In this document: piece by piece, positions 48,130 through 64,000 of the stretch
How the letters are laid out: every line of letters begins with the position of its first letter
Numbering within the stretch: position 1 is the first letter of the stretch
Source: the human T2T-CHM13v2.0 reference genome, Homo sapiens
Length of the DNA stretch: 64,000 nucleotides
Assembly (NCBI RefSeq): GCF_009914755.1
Contig: NC_060926.1
Direction: 5' to 3' (one strand)
Notes under the pieces: model-generated
What the model saw: only the letters and a program-made list of their open reading frames with translations
What the model was told of the DNA's origin: nothing
Databases searched by the model: none
Translations under genes and position numbers: made by a program

Positions 48130-49820
48130 AATTCAGTGCTTTTCCTTCTGTGTTCTACAGATGCATTGTCTTCATCTGACTGACCTCTCAGGAGTGTGGC
48201 TGGTAGGGCCGCCCACTTTCCTCTTCCTGAAGCCCTCTCTTTCTTTGGCTTCTATGAAGCCCCTCCTCTATCTCCTTTGCAGCCTCTTCCCTTCATCCAG
48301 CCATTAGACTGCACCTCAGCAAGGCTCCGCTCAGCCTGTACTCTCCCCTGGGCCATCTCAGGTTAATTACACCCTACACCAAGATGACTCAGCCCAGGCC
48401 TCCCTCTGAGCTCCAGACCCATTTATCCAACTGCCAACTTGGCAGTTCCTCTTGACTGTTTCGGAAGCATCTTTAACTCAAGTCCCAGACTCCCCCACCC
48501 AACCTTGCCTAATGCTGGTCGTCTTCCGGTGTTCCTTGCTGTGGGGACAACCAACACCAGCATCCATCCAGTTAATCAGGTTAAAACTTTCTGAGGCATC
48601 CTCCACACCTCCACCTTTCTCACCCCCTTTCCCAACCCATCCCCAAATCCACTGGACCCGATTTCCTTGACATAGGTCAGAACTGTCTGCTCTTCCCATA
48701 CTCCTCTGCCATTCACCTAGGTCAAAGCCACACCATTTTTCACTAGGACCGCTACAGAGCCTCCTAACTGCCCTTCTGTGTGGCTCCTCTCCAATCCCCT
48801 CTTCACACTGGCCAGAGCCATCTTTTCAAAGTATAATATTGACCATGTTGCCAACTACCTTAGTGAAATCTCTACACTGGCTTCCCATTGCTTTTTTTTT
48901 TTTTTAAACCCCATATTGTTGAAGTAATAAATACAGAAAAAAGCATAAAACAAATGTACAATTGAGGACCCTTGAAACAAACTGCCATGAAAAGAGACAA
49001 CCTTGACAGCCATCCCTCTCCATGTGTCCCTCAAAATAGAACTGCCTCCTTCCCCAACCTCCAGGCCAACTCTCCTGATTTTTATGGTAAGTATCTTTTT
49101 TTTTTTTTTTTTGGTCACTCCAACATACATCCCCTAAATACTATAGTTCAGCTTTGCCTGCTTTTTAAAAAAGTTATCTATCTGTTAGGTCTTCATTAAT
49201 CTAGAGATCCTCCTCCATCTCTTTTACCTCCCCTCTTGCAATGAATTTGTCCTGTAATGTTTCCATTGCTTTTAAAATAAGAAAAAAAAATCTTTTCCAT
49301 TCCTGTAAGGCCTTTCTTGGTCTGATTTCCCCCAAATCCCTCCAGCCTAATCTGCCACCAGGCTCTGCTGTTCACTCTCATTCCAACCTCTTTTTGCCCA
49401 CTCCCCCACTTTCCCTCCATCACTCCCCTCCACTCTCCACCGCACCCGCCTCCTCCTCCCTGCAGGACTTTTGGAAAGGCTGCTCCTTCTGCCTGAAATG
49501 CTCTTCCCTCCCTGTGTCTCCCAGTTAACGCCAACTTATTTATTTTACATTTCAGCTAGAGTGTTCCCTCCTTAGAGAAGCCCTCCCCGCCCCCATGACC
49601 TGGTCAATCCTCATCCCACAGCCTCTTACAGGCCCCTCCCTTCTTTTCCCCAGCACGGTCAAGGTTGTTGGCTTTCCTTTTGCTTGAGAGATGATGTGAT
49701 TAAAGACTGTCAGCTCCATGTGGGTAGGAGTTATGTCCGCTTTTGCTCACCATTTCCCCCCTCCCCCGCTACCCAGCTGGGAGCCTGGCACATCAGTGTC
49801 CGATTACAAATTTGCTGACT
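48130..49820 (+). mobile_element. L2 fragments with interrupting old repeats
   Basis: Pyrimidine-rich, L2-like motifs (CCTAACTG...CCAGAGCCATCTTTTCAAA; GCCTGGCACAT). Confidence 0.55.
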
Positions 49821-51188
49821 GCTGCCCAGGGAGAGAGACAGCAGACAAGACATCAATAGGGAGGCTGGCTCCAGAGACCTGGATTTAGGAGCCCCGTTTC
49901 CCGCAGAAGTGAGAGCTGAAGCAGCAGGGACAGGTGGTGTCCCAGGAGCAGAATGGAGCAGTGAGATGAGAGGAGGGCAGAGGCTCTTCCCTAGAACGCT
50001 TGAGACCAGGCCAGGACCCTTTGCCCATCCCACGTCAGTACCACAGGAGCCAGCCTGGGCCAGGATGGCTGGAGAGGCTCCTGGGGCCAACCACTCCCAC
50101 TTGGGCCCATGGGGCTAAGCTAAGTGGAAACAAATGTTCCCTGGCTTTCCCCCAGCCCAGTTGTGGTGGGCGAGCAGCAGCCCCTCCTTCCCTAGCCCGT
50201 GCTCTCCTGCCCCATTCAAGCTCCCCCTGGGTTCTTGCTCCCCGGACTGGTGGGGGCATGGATAGGCTTGAAAGAGGTGGAAGATGGGAGGCAGGTGGGC
50301 TCTGCAGGAAGCTGGGGCCTGGTGTAGGGGATTCTCTTATCCCTGCCTTGACTAAAGCTGGGAACTTGCTCTGGAAAAGCACACTTTCCTGACTTCAGGT
50401 GGGCTGCGGGCGTGGGAGTAGAGCTGTCTGTGATGCAGAAGGAAGAGGAAAATGAGCCTCTCTCCTCGCTCTCTTTTCTTTTTCTATCTTTCTCCATCTC
50501 TCTAAGGGGCTGGCCTTTCCTCTCTCTGTTCTCCAGGGACCCAGAAACCCAGGGTTCTTAGGAATTCTCAAGGCATGTCACCTCCCTGAAGGAATAGGAG
50601 TTCCTGGGGACAGAGAGAGGGAAGGACAGATAGGAGTTCTGGGGACAGAAGGAGGGAAGTAGGGAGGGAAAGAGGGAGGTTCTTGGGAGGGGAAGGGTCA
50701 CAGGCCCAAATTCCTAGGCTCCTGCAGCCTTAGCCATTCCGAGAAACGACAGAGAAAGTGATTTAGAGACAGACACAAATAGAGACCGAATTATGAACAT
50801 GGGAGAGATGTAAAAAGGCACAGAAAGACAGTGAGAGAGAATCCGCCAGAGACAGAGGGCTTTGCTTTCGCCCGCAGCGATTCTGATGTTATCTATTTCC
50901 AGCTGCCTCTCCCCCACCACTCCACTGCCCCCACTCTGCCCCTCCTTCCTCCTCAACCTCAAGTCTCTCCTTCCCTGTCTCTCTTTCGCACAGGGCCTAG
51001 ACATAGTATGAGTGGGTTCCCAGGATTTAAGGCGGAGCGATGAAGGAAGGTGGGGTGGGCAGGGCCTAGAGGATAGGGAGGGGGGTCAGACTGTCACCTC
51101 CCCATTCAGGCCACCCATTTCCGGGCTGCTGTCTTCCCACTCCAGTCTCTTGTGAATGTTCTTCTGCATGCATATCTCTGCAGAGGTG

Positions 51189-51189
<1 letters not shown>

Positions 51190-51223
<34 letters not shown>
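51190..51223. repeat. (TG)n microsatellite
   Basis: Perfect TG run. Confidence 0.95.
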
Positions 51224-51229
<6 letters not shown>

Positions 51230-53299
51230 AAGTGTTTCAGCCTGAGCCAGCCCATCTGTGTGTCCGTCCATACCTGTGGGTAAAAAATCACAGCACCGTC
51301 TGGGGGAGGGAAGATGTCCTGTGGTTTCTGTGGGGTTATCTGGAGGCCTGTGCCCAGTGATTGGTGTGTGTGAGGGGGCATGTATGTCACATATCTTGAT
51401 CTATCTTTGTGCACCATGGTCTGTTACCTCCTGCCACCCCCTCTCCAGCTCCTGCTCCTTTGTAAGTCTTCTAAGGTGATAGTGGTGGGTTGAAGGCTCA
51501 GGAACATCTGAATTCATCTCTTTGGAGGTTTGGGGGCAAAACAACAGAAGTCATCACTCTGGCTCTGCCCAGATGCCAGCCAGCCCCTTGATGGGGATGC
51601 GGAGAGGGCAAAGGAGAGTGAGCAAAAGGGTGCTGTTGGGGCAGAAGCCCTAGGAATTGGGACTCCAGGAGTCCTGCCTGTCACAGATTCCAGCCCACCT
51701 CCCCCCGACCCCCCAACCCTATAATGCTCTGCAGGCACTACTGGGCCAACTGATTCTGGAATGGGACTGAGTGCAGGAGGGACAAGGGCTTGGGGAGTCC
51801 AGAGATGGCAAAAGATTCTGCAAGATCTGGCTAGAGTGAGTGCTGCAGGAGGGGTGGGGCCAGCTGTGTATGTTTGCAGGAAAGGTGGGGGGTGGGGGCA
51901 GAAAGGCCGCCTGCGGGGGAGAAGGCTTCTTGGCAAACGCCCCAGTTTCCTGAGCTGATCCCTGCTCCCTGCCACTGCTCCCAATTCTGTTGTTTCAATA
52001 ACATCATTTTTATCCACCCCACAGAGAGACTGTGTCTTAGGAAGGGGAGGCGAGGGGCAGGGCTAGGGCATGGGGGAGGGGTGGTAATGGAGAGAGGCTG
52101 GGTCTGGAGGCAGCAGGGACTAGATTTGGGGCGCTCCCTCCTCAGGCAGAGGCAGGGCGGTCTCAGAGCCCAGGTCCCCTGATGACAAAGACAAATACAT
52201 TAAAATTCTTGCCTCGGAGAAGAATGCAGGATAGGGAGAGCATTTCATAATCTGCAATAACAGTAGCAGGGTGGGAGCAGGGCTGGGCAGGGGGTTCGGA
52301 ACCCAGACAGTGGCTCCCAGGAGGCTGGCCACTGGCCACCTGCAGCCTCCAGGGACCCCCAGAGCCCTCTAGCTGCCTATTTGGTACCACATGGCTGGAG
52401 TGTGCACCCAAACTGGGTATGTCTTTGAATGTGTAGTGTCCAGAGTTGGCATTGACCTTTAGGAACTGTCCAGATTGGCATTGCCCCGTAGAAACAGCAA
52501 CTGTGTGCAAAGTTACTAGGTGCAGGGGCTGTGCGTGGCCTTTGGATACTGTTAAAGGCTAAAATGGGAGAGGGCAGTGCTTAGACCAGACCCTCTCTCT
52601 ATGACTCTTGCCACTGCCCCCTGCCCCCTTCCCCTTCTTTAGTGTGTCCTAGCCCTTTCACCAGAACTCTCTGTATCCAGTGCAAGGGATTGAGCTGATG
52701 CAGCCTGGACACCAGGGCCCTGACATGGAGCTTGCTTGCCGGCAAGTCCACACTTCTCCAGTTCTCTCACCTCTGTCTGCTCATTCCTTCCCCCATCAGC
52801 CTCCTCCCCTGGGGTCACATCCCTTGGCCCCTTGGCCTCATCTTGATCTACTTGTCCCCCCTCTCTGGGTGACTCAGGATCTTGTCTTCTCTCTCTGCTC
52901 ACCAAGGTTGTTTGGAAGTGACCTCAGTCATCACTCTCTTGGAAGCGACCTCAGTCCCCACATTCAGGTCCCCCTCTCTACCAACAACCAGGAGCTTTCT
53001 TCTGGGCGCCTGACGTTTCTGCCATAGGGACTCGATCTGTCCTCCCCACTCCAGGACAGCTTTAAAGGTTGATGGTTGCTCTTGATGGTATGGCAGGGAG
53101 AATGTCCCACACCACCTGTCCCTTGGCACCCCGGGGCACGTCGGGGACGGGAGGGGCAGGGGCTGCTGCCCACTGCCAGCCGAATGGCATGATGAATGGA
53201 GCTGTCCCTCTTCCCCACGGAGCCTTTGATCTCCCCCTCGTGGGGAGGGGGCCAGGGGCATCAAAGACATTTTTGTGGCATTAGAAAATCTGATAAACG

Positions 53300-54800
53300 C
53301 CATCTCACCTGCAGCTGGCTCTCCCACCCCTTCTACCCGGGCCAGGTTGGGGGAGGAACTCGAGGCAGGGACTCTTGGACACGCGAGGCCGGGCTAAAGC
53401 GAATTCTGACCCCTCGATCTCTTGAAAGTCTGCGACCTCCATTCTCCCGCTCGCTTACAAGTGCCAGCGCTTGCGCGCACGCCCTGGAGCGGCTACTCTT
53501 GCCCTCTCATTTCCCCCACCTCCCCGCCCTAGAACGCGGGCTTGAGAGGTGGGATGGCTGGGGGAGCGAGAGCGGAGGCCCAGGGCTTCCTCCCTTCTTC
53601 AAGGAGAGGCTGACGAAGGGGCATGAGGCATCGAACAGGGACACGGAAAGAGATGACCCCTCCAGCATCCGCCTGTCGGGCGGTCCAGTTTGACAACCCT
53701 CGCCGAAGCACCCCGCGCCCCAGGCCAACTTCCTCTCTTGCCTCCGCGCCAGCATCTCCCTCCGCACCGCCCCCCGCCCCAAACTCCCTCATTCCTGGGA
53801 AGTTTTCTCTCTTTACAGTCAACAAACCTGTCAAACGTCTCCCTTCCAGCCCGTCCCCCATTCCTCAGCTCCTCTTTCTCCCCCCTCACCCCTCTCTACT
53901 CTTCTTCCCAGCCCTTCCTTGCCCCCGACTCCAGGCGGCCGCGAGCGGCGGGGGGCTCCAAGTCCGAGAGAGGCGAGGCGAGGGGGCGAAGCGGGCGGGT
54001 CCCACAGCCCGAAGCGCGCTGGGGCCCCGCCCCGGCACCCCGCTCCCGCCCTCCGCTGCGCTCCGCGCCAGCCGCCCCGGGGCGCACGGCTCGCTCCCGA
54101 GAGTCCCGCTGCCTGACTGTCGCAACTGCCACCTCCCTCCGGCCCCCTGCCCCCCGCCCCCGCCTCGGCCCCGCTCCCCTCCCACCTCCGCCCCCGGCTC
54201 TGATTTATTCTCCCGAGCGAGCTCCGCAGGAGACACAGGCGCTGGCTGCCCCGTCCGCTCTCCGCCTCCGCCGCGCCCTCCTCGCCCGGGATGGGCCCCC
54301 CCGCCGCCGCCGGATCCCTCGCCTCCCGGCCGCCGCCGTTGCGCTCGCCGCGCTCGCACTGAAGCCCGGGCCCTCGCGCGCCGCGGTTCGCCCCGCAGCC
54401 TCGCCCCCTGCCCACCCGGGCGGCCGTAGGGCGGTCACGATGCTGCCGCCCTTACCCTCCCGCCTCGGGCTGCTGCTGCTGCTGCTCCTGTGCCCGGCGC
54501 ACGTCGGCGGACTGTGGTGGTGAGTCCGGCTGTCCTGGCGCGGCTCTGGACCCTGGAGGGTGGGGACCCCGGGACCCAGGACAGACTGGGGTGTTCCGCA
54601 GCCTCCCGGCTCTACCTGCTCTCCGAGCCCAGCTTTCTGGCCTCGGCCGGGGGCGTTTCTGAACTCCACTTCGACGTTCCTAACCCTCGGGAACATTCTA
54701 TTGTGTTTCCTCCTCCCGGGTTCTCTCCCACCCCCCGCCAAGTTATGCGCTCACCCAGCTCACCAAGGAACAGGCGAGTGGGTAGGAAAGATCTTTCGGG
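53300..54800. promoter_or_regulatory. WNT6 promoter CpG island
   Basis: Very CpG-dense, with multiple GC boxes (CCCCGCCCC) and a TATA-like TTTATT at ~54203; boundaries approximate. Confidence 0.9.
54440..54519 (+). CDS. WNT6: Wnt family member 6, exon 1 (signal peptide); intron 1 runs past the window end
   Basis: MLPPLPSRLGLLLLLLLCPAHVGGLW(W) followed by donor TG|gtgagt. Confidence 0.96.
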
Positions 54801-56673
54801 AAGACACATATCCGAGGAAAAGAATGTGTGAGGAGGGCCCTGGATTCAGGGTATGGGGCTGGATTTGGAGAAGACAGGAACAAGGTGGGAAGCCACAAGG
54901 CAGAGAGGGCCACACAGCTGCCCCTTCCCCGCCCTGCTTTGCCTACCAACCCACCGGCTTCTCTCTGGGCTCCTGAGGAGTGGGCCTTAGTGACGACAGA
55001 GGGAATATAAAGGGGAAAGTGAGTCAGGACCCTGGTTTTCTCTACCTCGTCCTCCCCAAGCAAGGAAAAGGAGGAGCGGAAGGAACCGGACCCAGGCGCC
55101 CGGCCCTTCCAGACCTGGGGGTCATGAATGAAAAAATATGTGCAGCCCGGGAGATACGGGACCGGGAGGGGTCCTGCGGGAAGGGAGAGGGGCCTGGCCA
55201 GCCAAGGGAAGGGGGCGTCTTCCCAGGCTTGGCCCTAGCTAGAAGGGACACCTAGGCAGCGAAGGTTGCGGGAGCTTCGAGCCTTGGGGGTGGGGGTGGG
55301 GCCGGGGCGGGGAAGGAGGGTGCCCGACCGGGACGGCTCAGAGATCCAGATCCAAAGGACTTTTTTCCCCCTAGGTCTCCAGAGCCGCAAACCCTCGCCC
55401 GGAATAGCTCAGTGTTTAGAGAGGAGAGACTTGGACAATAACGCTGACGGGTTAGCCAATCCTAAGAAGGCAGGGTCGTGTCTATTTGCATATTGCCATG
55501 TGATTGGCTGGATGCCGACCCTCCGCTCCTCCCTCGCCCCCCAGATTTGGAAGAGAGGCAGATCCCCGTGCTCTGGAGAGATAGGGAGTAGGATGCCCAC
55601 ACAGGGAGTGGCGGGCAGCAATCCCTACTCCGTGATGCGGAGAGCCGTCCGACGCTAGTGTCACGGAAAGGGCGAACCGAGGACGACCCAGGTCCTATCT
55701 AGGGAACATATGCCCTTTGATCCGGCTTAGTATAATGCAGTGGCAGCTTTGAAGCAGATAGATCTAAGATCTAAACATTATGTTTGTGATCTTGGGCTAG
55801 TCACTTCCTTTCCCTACCTCTCAGTCTTAACTGGAAATAGGATAACAGTCTCCCTACCTGGCAGGCTTGCTGGGAAGGTTAGGTGGGAGGACGTGTAGAA
55901 TAATAGGACCTTAGGAGGTACTCAGTATGTACAGCGCCCCCCTCACAACCCAGCTTCTCCTGGCCAGGGTCCCCAGGAGTGAAAAAGGGGATTCATTTAC
56001 ATTTAAAATCCAGAGTTCCAAGGAAAATGTTGTAAAGGAATCTCTTTTCCCCATAAACGCCTAACTTTGCCCTTTTTCAAGGTGTGGGGATGGGGTCCCT
56101 CCCTGATGGCCATTGTCTTCCTTCCCCTCCCTCCCCCTCTGTCTAAATCATTCTTATCCTTACGGTTAAAATACCATTTCCTCCCTGAAGCTGCCCCCTT
56201 GTCCTCCTTCCATTGCCTTCTCTGCGCTCCCACTGTATCACATACATTGGGCAACTATGCTGGTTACTGCATTTGGCTGACAACAGTCCTTTAGGTCTCT
56301 CTTCCCTGCTCCTGGAAGGCAGATACCTTGTCTTTAGGAGCCCTGAGGCCTAGGAGTGTGTTGGTGCTGGAGATGGGCTTGCAGAGTGTCATTGGACTGG
56401 CTGATTCACCTTTCTGGGCTCTGTATCTGTGGGGCTTCCTTTGTTCAGGAAGGACTGCTGGGTGGCAGCCAAGCCAAAGGAGAGTGGCCTGGTCCCTGAG
56501 AGACTGACCCTGAAGCTGGGAAGAAGGGAGTGGGGGAGGAGGTGACACGGGCAGGTGTGGGAGAACACAGAGGCCTTCATGGCCACAGCTGCAGGGCGTG
56601 CCGGGTGAGGAGTGAGGGGTCCCAGTGATAACGTGTCTGACTGCCTTGCTCAGATGTGCCTCTGAGGGAATGA

Positions 56674-58967
<2,294 letters not shown>

Positions 58968-61900
58968 CCTGTTTTATATTTTCTATGAAAGAAACTAACC
59001 CTCCCCTTGTTCCACTAGGGAAAACACCACCCAGTGTCACTCCCTTCCCCCATCCCATCTTGTCTTTCACCCACCCCCCTCCTGGAAAAGGAAACAAGAG
59101 CCAGAGGCCTAGGACAGCCTCATCTGGCCCCACAGGGAGGCAGGGAAACGACCCTGGCTTCTTTGTGGCACTCAGGTTTTCTAGCTGCCACCCCCAACCC
59201 AGGCTGGGCCTGACCACCCTTTCCCATCCTGTCTTTATCTGGGGCCCCTGACCCATCGTGGGCAGTCCTGTTGCTGGCCCCTGCTGAGCTCCAGGGTGGG
59301 GTGTGAAAGGGGGTGGGTTGGCCATCCATTCCCCCCTCCAGGCCTCCCGCCTTGGCAGCTTCCCCTGGAGGGATACAATGGGGCTGTGAGCAGAAAAGGG
59401 CAGGGGCAGAAGGAGGCTGGCCCAATCCAGGCCAGAGCATGCCCTGAGCCCACCAGAGTTCTGGCACTGAGACATTTCCTGGGGGGTGCAGCCCCCTCCT
59501 GCCCTGTTCTCATCAGAAGCCAGGAGTTGGTGGGGAGAGGTCAGCAGGAGGTTTGCTCATCAGGCCCAGCAAGCGGGGGTTCCAGAATGTGCACTATGAT
59601 GGAGAAATGCCACTGTGGAGGGGATGAGGCGAGGGCAGTGTGGTCAGGCTGGCAGGAGGGTGGCCGCAGGACGCCTGTCCTTTGTGGGTCAGTGAAAGCA
59701 CCCCCAGCCTGCACCCTCCTTCCTGCCTAGGCCAGGCACTCCCTCGGGTGCTTCTCCAGAACTGCCGGAGGAGGAGCTGAGGGAGAGAAAGGGCTCTGGG
59801 AGGCTTCTCCACCTTGGCCTCTTTGGCTGGTTCCTCCAGTTCCTGAGCCCTCTGTTTAATCTAGAAAGTAGATCTAGAAAGCACTTACAGATAATCAGGT
59901 CCAATATTTTCACTTACATGTGAGGGCAGCAAGGTCACAGACAGGCGGTGAGAAGATGACTTGCCCCTGGCCACCCGGAATGCAGGCAGCTCAGAGCCAG
60001 ACTGAGAGTCCACCTCTGGCTCAGTGCCTCATTCTTGTGAGGAGGTGGGGGATCAGGAAAGGGGCACAGGATCTCCCACAGGCCTCTCCTGCTCCCCTGT
60101 CCCACCCTCAGATAGGTGCTCCCCACCCCAATATGGGCGAGCAGAGGGCCCAGGACAGTCTCCTGGGGGCACCTTTGCCTGCCGCAGCCCTGACCAATAG
60201 GAAGCCCTTTTGTACAGCGAAGTCTGTCAGGGAAGGGAATGCCTCCACCTCTCCCAAGAGTGATGAGGAGAGATGGTGAGGAAGGGCAGAGGGAACCAAG
60301 TTGGGTTAGGGGTGGTGAGGTGGGGAATGGGGTGGCTGGGGGGGCAGTGGGGAGGCAGGGGTTAATGGAGCTGGGCATCACTGGCTTTGATGTGGTGGTT
60401 TGGGTGGGGGTAGGGGCTGGGGGAGGGGAGCAGTAATTACCGAGTTAGACAGAGCAGGACAGGACAGGCGGGCGGGCACAGGCCCGGGCCCAGCCGCCTC
60501 AGCAGCAGTCAGGCAACATTTTTCTGCCCCTTCTCCACCACCCACCTCCCCCACCCCTGTGCAACCCCCACCCACAGCCCCAGGGCTCAGGGCTCCCTCT
60601 GCTGGCTTGTGGGAGGTGGGGTCAGTGTGGGGACCTTGGGAGTAGGGGTGGGGAAATAGAGGGAGGCTGGCTTGGAGACCCTTCAGAGGGCGTTGGGTAG
60701 CCAGTGGGCTGTGATCCCTTTGGCCTCAGTGATCCACCCAGGAGTGCCTGCTGGGGAAGAGGAGGGTCCTAGAGGGTGCATTTGGTCCAGGAGCAGGGCT
60801 GGATGGAGGAGGAGGAGACACAGGGATCCAGGCTGAGAAGAAATAGCAGAGAGTTGGAGAAAAGGGTGTTCTCAGGAATCCACAATGCTGCCTGCACCCT
60901 ACTGTTTGTCCTGAACTGGGCAGGCTCAAGAGATGAATAAGGGTGTGGTGGGAAGACAAACACCAGTTGTTGGAGGAAGCCCACTCTCTGGACAGGTTCT
61001 CTGCATCTGTAATCTGGGAGGGAGGTGGGTATTACTAGTTTCATTTGACAGTTGAAGAAACTGAGGCTCAGGAGGTTAAGTCTCATCATCCATCTAATGA
61101 AGACTAAGTGCCAGCTTCACATGCTAGGGACTCACTCAACATCATAGAACAAGCAAATGGCAGAGCCCAGATCCAAACTCAAGTCTGGTGGATCCCAAAA
61201 ACCCTGAGCGTACTCCATGAATGTCCATGCATGAGCTTATTGTCTTCGATGAGTTTTCTACCTAGTTAGAAAGATAAGACAAGCAAACATGAAAAATTAA
61301 TTATACCACTGGCAGGATAACAGACGCCCCCAAATGAGAGGCGCCCCGGGTGATGCATGGAGGAAGGTCTGTGGGGACTGGGGCCCAGGGAGGCTCCTTA
61401 GGGCAAGTGGGATCTGAGGTGAGTTTGGAGAGATGCTAAGATTTTGATGACTTAGGGTGGGTCTGAATCCAGAATTTTAGCGATGTTATCTGGAATAGAT
61501 TCAGAGTTAATCAACCTTGCTAGGGGTACGGGGCTGTGTGGAGGATGGTGTGGGAGGCCACTGGAAGTCTTCTGATATCTCACGTGCCCATTTCCCTCCA
61601 GCACTGTTTATGTTTGAAATATTCATCTACTGTGTCTTGCAATAGGGATCCCTCCACCAGTGGCCAGAGTCAGTCGCCTCCTGTCTTGCTCATCTGCATA
61701 ACGAGGGTGAAGTGGGTGGGGCTGAACTGGGTGATCTCTGACATTGTTCTTGGCCCTCTGACTCAAGAGATGGAAAGGTAGGTTAGGCCAGAAACCTAGG
61801 ACATCCAGGGCTTAGGTCTACACATATTGCCAATAGGGACTGGCTGGCCCCTGATACCACCTCCCTAGGCAATTGATCCTACCAACCATGGTCCTTGGTA

Positions 61901-64000
61901 GAGAGACCTTGGCGCAGGCCAAGCCGGTTAGAATGACCATCCATTGCCTTGTCCCTTCTTGTCCGCATACTGATTTCTTTTAGGGCTAGCCTCATTTTTT
62001 TCTATGCCCAGGAATGGCTGTTTGATGAGGATCCCAGATCCTATATATTGTGTATTCCCTACTACCACTGTGCTTCAGGCCCCAAAACATGCAAATTCTC
62101 CCAAAGGAGCACATCTTCTCTGGGCTGATCCTAGGCCAATGCTGACCCAAAGGCCTGAAAAGCAGAGTTCACTCCCTAAGGAAGCATAAAGCGAGGAAGG
62201 TGAAAGGTGAGTGGGGATGGGGGAGTTATTACTTGATGTGTTGTCAAAAGCCAAAGTTATAGGGGGTACGTGAGTCTCTCATGCTAACTCCTCAGTTTTT
62301 CTGAAGCCCACAAAGGGGAATGACTTGATCAGAGTGGCTCAGCCCACACAGAGTTGACAGAAACCAGAGATCGGAAGCGAAGCTTGGTGTTTTGCCCAAT
62401 GCCCCCTGCCACGCCCCTTCTGGAGTTTCATTTCCTATGTATTTAGGATGGGAGCAAGGACAGGAGGGCAGGGAACAAACTGGTCCCTTGGGATTCTAGC
62501 TGCTACTACTGCCCATCCCTCCCCCTGACCAGCTTGTAAACAAGTCTAGTTCCCAGGCAGCCAGCCAGCCTGGGGAGCCAGACCCAGACCAGGAACTGGC
62601 TCTGGGGCAGTCCCCCAGCCCCAGCCCTACCTCCTGAAAGTCCCTGGCCTCCATACTCCTCGTGATTCTCCCGTCTCTAGTCCCTGCGAAACAGAGAAGG
62701 TCAAGAGGTTTTTGTCTTTCTGTCTTGCTCATCTCCACTCCCTCCTGCCTTCTTAAGGGAGGAGGAGGGAGAGGAGAAGGATGGGGCAGAGTAACCTTGG
62801 GAAGATAAGGCCAGGCAACCCTGGGAAACTAGGGAGTTAGCAGAGGGCAGGGTTGAGGAGGAGGGACTGGGGAACTTAGAAGTAAGGGAAGTGGGGGTGG
62901 GGAAGATGAGCTTGCAGAGCCCCCGACTCACAGGTGGAGCCCCAGACATAAGGGGCTGGACGACTGCAGAGAGGACTCATTCCCTGCCTGATTCCCAGTG
63001 GGGGAAAAGAGCATGTTTGAGGAAATGAATTAGGAGTCATGAAATAAGATGTGGACAGGGGCCTGGGCTCAAGTGAGAACTTTCTCTTAGATGGCTTATT
63101 TACTCATTCAAAACCACATATTAGATGGTGTTCATTGTATAATATACTACAGGTATTACATGTGACACAGAATTCATACTATGCAATTTTTTGTAATGAA
63201 AATTGGGGTTGGGGGAGGATATAAACTAAGTACCTAAGTCTTCCAGGAGATGCAAAGGAAAATAAGGCAGTCTTAATGCTCAAGAAGCTCATAGTCTTAT
63301 CTCCTGACCCTGCACAGCCATGTTGGAAGCTGCCTCCAATCCTTCTTATAATGAGGTGGGATATATGGGCAGAGGAGGGACAGATAGATTGATGGATCAA
63401 TAGAGACCGATCAGCTCTCAAAAGTCACTGGGTCATTGGGGTGCCCTGACCCACCCTCCATTGCTTTACTTATCTAGGCTGGGAAAGGGTGGGGGCCAGT
63501 GCTGGGCTGGTCTTAAGCACGCAGGAAGGAAGATGTGGACTGTGGCCTCTCCATTGAGAGACATCTGATTCCTGAGCTACTTGGGTACGGATGACGGCAG
63601 CAACTTGATTTTGTGTGTGTGCGTGCGCATGCGTGCACGCATGAGAATGCACGTGCACACACACGTGTTTGTGTTGTAGACCATAAAGGACTGAGCTTAC
63701 TACACATCTTCCTGTACCACCTCTTCAAGCATCTCCATCCTTAGTGTTGAGAGTTCTACCTTAAGACCTAAATTCCTCTTGCTTCTATTTAAGACCATCA
63801 CATTTCATTGTTGTGGAGCCAGAACATTCCTGGGCAGCCTGTACTTGTGGAGCAAATGGGGACAGTGGGGCGGATATGCACTAAAGCAAAACTGAAAAGT
63901 AGGCCACCTTGACCTCTGGCACCACCTACCACCATTCTCTATGTTTTCTCTCTCCTGGGACCCCTACCCCCACCCTGTCCTCTGCTGAAGAGCTTTTGGG

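Noticed and set aside
50594-50659. ~36-bp imperfect tandem duplication
   Set aside because: Purine-rich low-complexity slippage with no evident function.
53623-54429. 268-277 aa ORFs over the WNT6 promoter
   Set aside because: CpG-island stop-codon depletion; only the last codons of the 53690 ORF are real WNT6 exon 1.

Overview
Human (or near-human primate) genomic DNA from the 2q35 CYP27A1-PRKAG3-WNT6 region; no prokaryotic-type system is present. The window contains CYP27A1 coding exons 2-9 (+), the complete 13-coding-exon PRKAG3 gene (-, 489 aa), and a sequence matching my recollection of MIR9500 antisense to the PRKAG3 3' region. It also holds an RPL23A processed pseudogene inside old L1 sequence, a ~3.3 kb SVA (SVA_F-like) with a very long VNTR, many Alu/L1/L2/MIR copies, and the WNT6 CpG island with exon 1. 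Nearly all ORFs in the supplied track are repeat-derived or spurious. The most unusual signal is a cluster of 10 A>G changes with ADAR-type sequence context at the SVA 3' end, suggesting an edited RNA was retrotransposed. Also notable are a probable NMD-triggering 3'UTR intron in PRKAG3 whose acceptor region overlaps MIR9500, a strong-Kozak uORF in WNT6, and a divergent CTCF motif pair. Consensus and miRNA comparisons are from memory and need verification.
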